Assembly: GCA_012295275.1 (NCBI GenBank) | Contig: CM022665.1 | Coordinates: 13,330,001-13,394,000 of the forward strand | Source: Chrysomallon squamiferum | Lineage: Eukaryota > Animalia > Mollusca | DNA length: 64,000 nt | Reading direction: 5' to 3' | The notes under the pieces: model-generated | The model's database searches: none | Told to the model about the DNA's origin: nothing | The model's input: only the letters and a program-made list of their open reading frames with translations | Program-made: the position numbers and the translations under genes | Shown: one piece after another, positions 55,801 to 64,000 of the stretch | How positions within the stretch are numbered: position 1 is the first letter of the stretch | Layout of the letters: each line of letters begins with the position of its first letter

Positions 55801-58800
55801 CAGAAAAAAAAGAACAGATAAAGAATAAAATAAAATAAAATAAAATAAATAAATAAATAAATAAATAACAAAAAATTTAATATTTTTACTACTTTTGGAA
55901 AACTGCAAGAATATGTTTAGATGGTGCAATTCTTATTCAGTCACTTTACAATGACTGGTGTTTATTTTCAGTAAATTACTTGAGTATTTAATTTATAAAC
56001 ATCAAAAAATTATTATTTTTGTTTTTATACATTTGCCTTTGTATAAACAAGAAAACATGACCTTTGGTCAGCAATAGCTAAATCTCAGGAAAGGAAATAA
56101 CCCACAAAGGGAGTAATTCTAGTTAACCTTACCTCTTCAACAACAACTCGAGACACAGTCTGCACATTTGTTATCAGTGTTGGAGGATAGAAGCATCCTT
56201 TTGCTGGAACACTGACAGGAGCTTGATATATCTGAAATGTGAAATAAACTCTAGAAAAATACATGATTTGATCAACAAATAAATCAGACATCACAACTAT
56301 ATAAAATTTCTGAATTTTTTAAATAAATATTTTTTATTTTTAAAAATTAAGGTTTTTTTCATTATGATACTCATAGTCTTAGGCAAGAAACCTGCATCTG
56401 TCACTCAATGGACTTCTACAGACCTCAGCCATCTTGTCGTTTAAACAGTAATTGAAGAACAAAGGCAGGATCAGAAAATACTTCCATTGAGGAGAATGGA
56501 TCCTGTAATCCATTCTTTCTCAAAGACACACACATTTACTGAAGCTACTCACATCAGCACCTTCTTTTCTGGCACTTTCTACATACTCTTCAATAGTTGA
56601 TCTCTGTGATGTGTCAACAATGGCTCCCATGTCTATACTTTTGTCTAAACTGTCACCCACACGGAAATGTGTAAGTCTCTCTCTTAGCTTGTTTATCAGT
56701 TTGTCAAAAATTGTCTCCTGAGCTAAAAGACGTGACCCTGCACTGCAAACCTGAAAACAAAAAGTTTCAATGATACATATACAATTTTACAACTGTCTGT
56801 ACATTAATAACAGTTAGTGTTTCATCTACAACACCACCTACAGCTGCAACATCTACCACATTTTGGATGACAAGTACTGTTACTGCTATAAAAACCACTG
56901 CTATTGTTACTACAAATTCAATACTTATACTGTTACTGCTGCTATTACTACTAGTACGGGCAGTATTTCATGAATTGTAAGGCATTATATTAATTGTAAC
57001 CCTCTCTGAGAAAAACCAGCCAAAGTCAATTTTACAAGAACTCGTTATTTTTAGAATATTATAAATTTATATCCTGTACTTATACATACAAAATATTAAG
57101 CAAGATACTGCATTTTTAAATTTAGGAGATTTCCGTAATTCAGAATAGTTGTTTTGAAGAATTTCCAAGAATATATACTTTGCACCAAATTGAAGCTTTG
57201 TGTGTCTAGTTTACTGACATGTACAAGTCATGTATGCTAAAAATAAAATAAAATACTGAAACCATGCCGCAAGTGTGGAAGTATGTAGCCATTGTAGTGA
57301 ATTAATGGACATTCAAGTGTGACAGGGTTATAGGCATCTTTATGTGTTACTGATTTCAAATAGTTACAAAGATATATATGCATCAGAATAAATATTTTGT
57401 AATGCTATTTTTAAATGTATATCTTTTATGCAGGGATCCTTTTGGGATTGAAAATGGGAGTATTTGAAAAATTCATTCATTCATTCATTCATTTTTTTTT
57501 TCAAAATTAGAATGACAAATTTTGCATTTATAAACCTTGCAGATATGTTTTCCTGGTATCTGAAAACTATTATTATTCTCAATATTCCCTAAAAAATAAT
57601 AATTAAATAATGACCCGGTGACTGGATGGTTTATTTTTATAGTTATAAATAACAGAACTAGTGAAGGAAACAAAAAAATGTAAAATATTTATTCAAATAA
57701 AAGACAATGCTGCATTCAGAGATCCAACAGTTCTTCCTGACAAAATGACACCGTAGTTTGCACTTGCATGTAAACTTGCCTTTTAACAATTTATAATCTT
57801 GTTTACAAACATTCATGTTATCATCGTCGACCAGGTTTACTGGATTGGCTTATTTCTGTTCTAACCTAATGATTGTCTTGTCTCCTAAACTATCTTCCAC
57901 TGTCATTTCAATTTCATGTTTATCTAAAAAGGTATATATTACTTACAGAATACATGTATTCATAATTCAAACTCGTCACTATCTGATTATTATCTTACAC
58001 ATAACAAACACCCAAAATGTTTCACTATCGTTATTGGTTTAGGACAGTCCATTCTGATATATTTAATTGTTTGATCCTATCCCACCCAGAGTCAGTGCAT
58101 GTAAATCATTTAACTAATGAGCAAACTGTATTGCTCAAGATTTTATGGATGCCACAATCTTGAAATAAAAAAGCATGTGTGCCTGCCTCTCAAAAACATG
58201 ATGTGAATATGGAGTTAAATCACATATATTAATTTAAATAAATTAATGAATAATCAATAACAATCAGAAAGAATAAGTACTCTGTATATTAATGGCCAAA
58301 GGAGTCCATAATTATAAGAATCATTTTTATAAATCAGAATGTGAAAATATAATAAATGCTAATATTTGTACCATTTACACGCAAAATCCTAGCTGACATA
58401 TTTTTAATGATTTTCTCTCTGCATAGCATAATTAGGTCTGATGACTTTGACTAGGTATTTTCAGAGAGGGTAACAAATTATCACAAACTCATTCTTATGA
58501 CAAAAGTGAGGGTTAATATATACTATAGAAACAACAGAACAAAAAAAGTAAATGTTAGTATCAACCACTAACTTGACCCTGGTTGAACCAAATGGCCTCA
58601 ACTATTCCCTCCACGACACTGTCAAGATCAGATGACTCAAACACAACTACTGGTGACTTTCCACCTAGCTCAAGTGAGAGTTTTTTACCACTGCCTGCAG
58701 TCGCATGTCGTAAAATCTGTCCCACCTGTTAAAGATAAAAACAATTAATTATAGGCAACAAGTTTCCCAAACTACTTATACTCAACAGAAAAATAAATGA

Positions 58801-61800
58801 TAAAATAATATTTTGCCCAACCACATATATAATATACAGGTTGACAGTCCATTTATAAAAATCAAAAGATTTATTAAAAAAATAAAAGCAATAATAAAAT
58901 AACTTTTTCTTCATTTTTTTATAAATGTAAAACGTCAGTTATTTAATTATATGCATGTGCATATAGTTCATTTTCTGTCTTCTACTATATTTGTTCTTAA
59001 TAAATAAACTATGCAGATTATTTACAGTATGTTCTTAAGCATCTGGGATAACAGATATTAGACAGTTACTGTGAAAGTATTTGAGTAATAAACTACCTCG
59101 GTCGATCCAGTGAAACCCACTTTGTCCACATCAGGATGACAAGCCAAGGTGCTACCAAAAGCTCCACTTCCAGTGACAACATTAAAAACTCCAGGTGGGA
59201 GTCCTGCCTCAGCACATATCTCAGCAAACAGCAAGGCAGAAAGGCGGGTGTAGGTTGCAGGCTTCAGCACCACTGTGTTACCCATGGCCAGGGCAGGGCA
59301 GATTTTCCACGTCAAAAGCATAAGAGGAAAATTCCAAGGAACAATAGCAGCAACAACACCTGTGCACATAAACATTCAGACTCACATTATATTTGCTTCA
59401 GAAATGTGAATGAATACAGAAATACCAAAATTTAACTCTTAAATAACTTGAATAAATACTGTTATATTTCTAACAAACACATTTTGATGAATTAATCATT
59501 ATAAATTATTATACAGTATTTAATCAGTAATTAAAACATTTCTGACTGTGGCAAACATTTATGCACAAATAAAAATCTAAAGTTCATAAATTCAGTTCCA
59601 TCACAGAGACTGAACAAAATACAAAAATGACATTCACCAATTCACTTTTTGACACAATAAAACATTATAACCAAAGATAACTTAGATATTAACTGCAAGC
59701 TTTTAATACTAAATTAAAGTTTTTACTTCCTAATTTAATTATGGTTTAAAATAAATTTAGTAATAATAATAATAATAATATTTACCTAAAGGTTTCCATC
59801 CTCTCATTTCCGTATCCATGAGCTGGGCCCAGCCAGCATGATGGTAGAAATGTCTAACAACAAGTGGAATATCAGCATCTCGACTCTCTCTGATTGGTTT
59901 TCCGTTATCCATGGATTCAATGACACTGATCAGTCGCTGGTGTTTCTGGATGTGACGTGCTATGCTGGAGTCAGATTGAAACTTTAATGAATAATTACTG
60001 AACTGGTAATTTATATAATCACTTGGTTAAAAGTAAATAAAACAAGTACATATTTGTGTAGGCACCTATGGACGTCTGCATGCATGTATCCATGAGAGAG
60101 AGAGAGAGTGTGTGTGTGTGTGTGGGTGTGGGTGTGTGTGTGCGCGCGCATGTGCATAATAAAAAAGCTCAATTGTTAAAATATGCATGCACATACACAC
60201 ACACACATTTAGATACAAAATATTTACATCAGTAAATGTGTACATCTGCAAAATGACAAGCTTGTTATTACACTTTATTATAAATCAGTTTTCCAAATCC
60301 TCAACAGAATTTATCTACATTTAAAACACAAACCTATATAGATGTCTCGCTCGGACATGTGGTGGAGTTTTGCTCCATGATTCAAATGCCTTTCTTGCAG
60401 AACTGACAGCAAACTCAACATCTTCCTCCTCACCCTGTACTGTGGTAGCTAACACCTCATCTGCAGATTTATTATTTCTTTACATTCTAAGGCATGTATG
60501 CTGACAAAAATTATTTATTTCATTTTTTTTTGTCCCGATAATCAGGTTTGGAAATTACATACATTCATTTCTTCAATTTTGTTCTTTTATTTGTACAAAT
60601 TTTATGCAAAATGTAACAATTATAAAAAACAAACTAAATAATGCATCAGCTTTATCAATATTGTAGAGATATGCAGATATATGCAGTCAATGAGTAAGTG
60701 ACATTTTTTGTTATGCTGGCTGCAGAAACAAATAAAAGAATCAACAAAAAATACACAAAGTGTATGTAACGTTTAAAAGCAGTTGACTAATTTATCTGTC
60801 ATAAATGTTATGACATTTTTTAATCTAATAGGTATTACACCTGATCGCTGTACTCTCTCCAATCCAGAGCTATTCAGAGATGTTAAGATATCTACACCAT
60901 CTCTATTTCTAATTCTTTAACACTCTTTTGAGAAGACAAACCCAGTTGTTTTAATTTTCAGTAGATGTTTGCTTGGGTCAAAAGGCTCATTGATCAAATA
61001 AATGGACAATGTTTAATTAATACCTGTTGCTGGATTCTTTGTCTGGTAGATTTTTCTCCCTTCAGGTTTATGCCATTTGCCACCAATGAAATGTCCAAAA
61101 TCTCTTTTATGGTCATCAAGCCATGCCTAGAGACAGAATGTGAAAATATACTTTTCTTTAAAATGTTCTGAATGGATTGTTTTTTTTATTTAATCATAAT
61201 GTCTTGAATAATATAAAACTTAAATGACTAACTTTACAATTTTGAAATGTCCAGAATGGAGGACACTGCACACATAGTCATACATTATGATCACCACAAA
61301 AGAATATACATTTTTATAAATTTCAAATTGTACTGCAAAAATCATCAAATGCAAAGAGATTGTAACTTTAGTTATTCTAGTAAACAAAACTTCTAACAAG
61401 GTAATTTTTTAAAGATTTAATTTTTTTTTTCTTTTAAAATTATTATTATCTTTATAAATCAATCCAAAAATCTGGTTATTTCATCATTAATCACTGATTT
61501 TCAATGAAAGCTAATTTTCTTATTCTGTGAATCATCATGCTGCATACATTAACAATTATATTATTTTTCAATCTGAAAAAGGAAGACAAATTAACATGCA
61601 ACTTAAAGTGGTGTCACCAGATGGAAGAAAGAGAACGTTTAAGATTTCTAATAACAGAAATATTTATAGTGAATAATTGTTAATATAGTACACTGATCGC
61701 CAGCCAAATTATAAACTAGTTAATCCAATGAACTTTATGCTCGGAGGAACTGAGTTCCATTCCCTGTACACTCTAACATCCAAAGAAAATGGAAAAGTGT

Positions 61801-62143
61801 AAAACGCCTGACAGTCGTGCTTTAAACTTTTGTTGACGTCAGTACATTTAAGTAACTTTAAAATGTACAGTGTCAGATTGCTTTACTCAGTCTTAAATGT
61901 CTTTGCGATTTGTCTTTTGATAACCTTTTAAAAACCTATTTGTTAGTTGTGAAAGTTTTCTATCCGTACATTAAAACCAAAGCGTGTCATTAACAGTTAA
62001 TTAACATATGTCATTTATAAGTATTATAGTGAAAATATAACAACCTTTGCAACATTATCTGCTTCTGGTGCTGGACCATAACTTAAATTTTTGAAGATGC
62101 TTTCGACATTCGAACACTGCTGTGTAACACCGGAGGCAGCCAT
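52836..62143 (-). CDS. ALDH16A1: Aldehyde dehydrogenase family 16 protein (full ALDH domain plus truncated second ALDH domain), 14 coding exons, ~826 aa
   Basis: Exons: 62045-62143, 61024-61126, 60334-60460, 59786-59964, 59097-59359, 58573-58725, 56553-56750, 56133-56231, 55536-55778, 55096-55253, 54538-54705, 54022-54226, 53323-53508, 52836-53135. All are GT-AG and phase-consistent, 2481 nt in total. Motifs are [42 protein letters not shown] and [11 protein letters not shown], followed by a second ALDH-like half ending KNIWIPMGD, typical of ALDH16. Confidence 0.95.
54815..55140. repeat. Degenerate ~90-100 bp tandem repeat (3 intronic copies plus the exon end) in an ALDH16 intron
   Basis: 'gggcatatt...atgacatttttcc.tttgttttctt' recurs at ~54820, ~54908 and ~55004 and aligns with 'ctgggcatagtaacaccacctgctgtgacagttttc' at the end of exon 55096-55253. 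Confidence 0.65.
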
Positions 62144-62540
62144 GTTAACCTGGCTGAATGTTATTAATAGAAGTTTTCGGCCAATGTCGGTAAAAAGGTC
62201 AAGGAATGGTTTAACCTACTTTTACCGAATGTTCGAATGGAAGAATATTATTTTTATTTTTATAATGAAAGAGGTCGAAATCATATTTAAGTTTAATAGT
62301 GATTTTATTTTTATAAATTTTATTTTCCTCAAATTTCATTTCGCATTTGATATTTTGACATTATGTTAAAAGCAAAAATATAACGATTGAACAATTGGAG
62401 GAAAATAATAAAGATATAACGTTGCTAGGCCAAGGTCATTTCATATTGTTATGGTCGCTTCTATGGGTTTGGTGCGTGAGAAATAATATTTTGAATTTGA
62501 AGGCATATTTCTTTAGATTATAATAAATCTGTATGCAAAC
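62144..62540. promoter_or_regulatory. Bidirectional promoter between ALDH16 (-) and PIH1D1 (+)
   Basis: Divergent ATGs at 62143 and 62541 with 397 bp between them; CpGs retained; CCAAT (~62181); X-box-like GTTGCTAGGC (62421). Confidence 0.8.
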
Positions 62541-63947
62541 ATGACTTCAAACGTACTGGAACCAGATTCAAATGAATCGGAGGCCCTTTTTAGTAAACTG
62601 ATGATGCAAATGGTAAATAATTAGTTTATAACTCAGTTTGCTGTCATTTCGTTGTTTTTTATTTTCGACATTGGTATAAATTAGATAAAATTTTACATAG
62701 TTACTTTGGTTGTTGATAAAAAAAAACCACCAAAAAAACCATTGATAAATAAAACGTGGCAGCAAACGTGCTACACTAAACATTAATTTACGGCAAAGTT
62801 ACATCTTAGAAATAAGAAATATCAGTTAAAGATATCAATATTTTTATTCCTTACATGTATATTTGCTTATTAATTTTCTTATTATTTTTGTACGTAGGTA
62901 TAAGACAACTAAGTCGTTTAATGTAAAATTAAAATAAAATTTGTTTTCTAGGCACAGAAGCCAGATTCATATGACATGGATCCAAATACAACAATTGTGG
63001 GTGGTGTCCCTTGTGTAAAGGTTATTCCACAGCCAGGTAACAAATACAGTGACAGCTGTGTGTTTATATGATTATCATGTGTTACACTGCACAGATAATA
63101 ACATATAAGCTATATACTACTGGAGCAATATATTATTTCAATTTATATTTTGAGATTTTTATATATAATGAGGTGGATCTACAGAATTTAACATCATGTT
63201 GACAGTTGAATCTGGAGTTGTTTGATTTGCTAAGCATTCAACAATTCTGGTGGGCTTATGGGTTTGCAAAACCAAGAAAGCCGAACCAAAATAGCTCAGA
63301 CAATAGTTAAGTTCAAGACTCAAGAAATTTTATTTTTTAGTACTGATGTCACAGTTGTGATACACAGTTTCTGAGTATGTCCCACATATAAATGCATATA
63401 CTCTATAGACCTGTTTAAATACTAGTATATTAATATAATAATAACAATATTTTTAGGCTTCTGTATCAAAACAAGCAACAAGGATAAAGAAAAAATGTTC
63501 ATCAATGTCTGCACTTCTGAAAATGTGAGTTGCATTTCTAGTGAAATTTTTTGCTGTTTTTTCATTTTTCTTTAAAGATAATAAAAATTTGGTTTTTTTT
63601 TAATTGATAAAATATATATATATATATATATATATTTTAAACTATTTTACAAGGTGTCATTATTGCAGAATAAACTGTTTTAAACATTTTACTCTGCATT
63701 TTTTAATCATCAAAAACATTTTAAATTGATTCTACTATTTATGTATTTATCTATTTGCTATATGAAATATTTTGGGAAGCATACATGAGTTTATGTCAAA
63801 GAATTTTATAATTAATTGATTTCCTGTAGGTGCCAGAAGCAAAGGATATCACAGAACAAGAATTGATTGCTCTGCTTCAGTCTGATGATCCAACTGGTTT
63901 CAGAATTCCTATGAGTATTGGAGAACCTCATGCCGAGGTTGACAAAA
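62541..63947 (+). CDS. PIH1D1: PIH1 domain-containing protein 1 (R2TP co-chaperone subunit), first four coding exons; continues beyond the window
   Basis: Exons 62541-62612, 62952-63036, 63457-63524 and 63830-63947 are GT-AG and phase-consistent. They translate to ...VIPQPGFCIKTSNKDKEKMFINVCTSENVPEAKDITEQELIALLQSDDPTGFRIPMSIGEPHAEVDK, matching human PIH1D1 (PGFCIKT...KVFINICHS...GFRIPMSLGEPHAELD). The gene is absent from the ORF track because its exons are short. Confidence 0.92.
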
Positions 63948-64000
63948 GTAAGTTTTTTGTCACCTGTAATTATTTATAATACGGATCTACACTTTGTTAA

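Noticed and set aside
63200-63305. Two hairpins followed by ACA in PIH1D1 intron 2 (H/ACA snoRNA-like)
   Set aside because: No ANANNA H box between the hairpins, and the pocket-to-ACA spacing is marginal; it would need snoGPS/Infernal support

Overview
This is an AT-rich, microsatellite-rich eukaryotic (animal) genomic window. Intron-rich genes, mosaic CpG depletion and decayed SINE-like repeats suggest an invertebrate, possibly a gastropod mollusc (inference). I assembled four spliced genes by hand with phase-consistent splice sites. (1) A 14-exon minus-strand gene (577-10623, ~651 aa) encodes an N-terminal hydrophobic anchor, a divergent START-like region and a C-terminal STARD9-type START domain; it has one GC-AG intron. 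(2) A 2-exon PAXX orthologue lies at 50202-51049 (-). (3) A 14-exon ALDH16 gene (52836-62143, -, ~826 aa) keeps the catalytic Cys. (4) The first four exons of PIH1D1 (62541 to the window end, +) sit head-to-head with ALDH16, 397 bp between start codons, as in human ALDH16A1/PIH1D1. Between genes 1 and 2 is a ~32 kb CpG-retaining region with several promoter-like islands ending in splice donors. It lies upstream of an intronless 355-aa Ser/Arg-rich ORF (43034-44101, +) with repeated LPxI motifs. The region also holds a near-perfect 65-bp-arm hairpin, a ~230-bp direct duplication, a LINE 3' fragment and decayed SINE-like copies. Most short ORFs in the supplied track are microsatellite or antisense artefacts. 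No rRNA, tRNA or CRISPR was seen.
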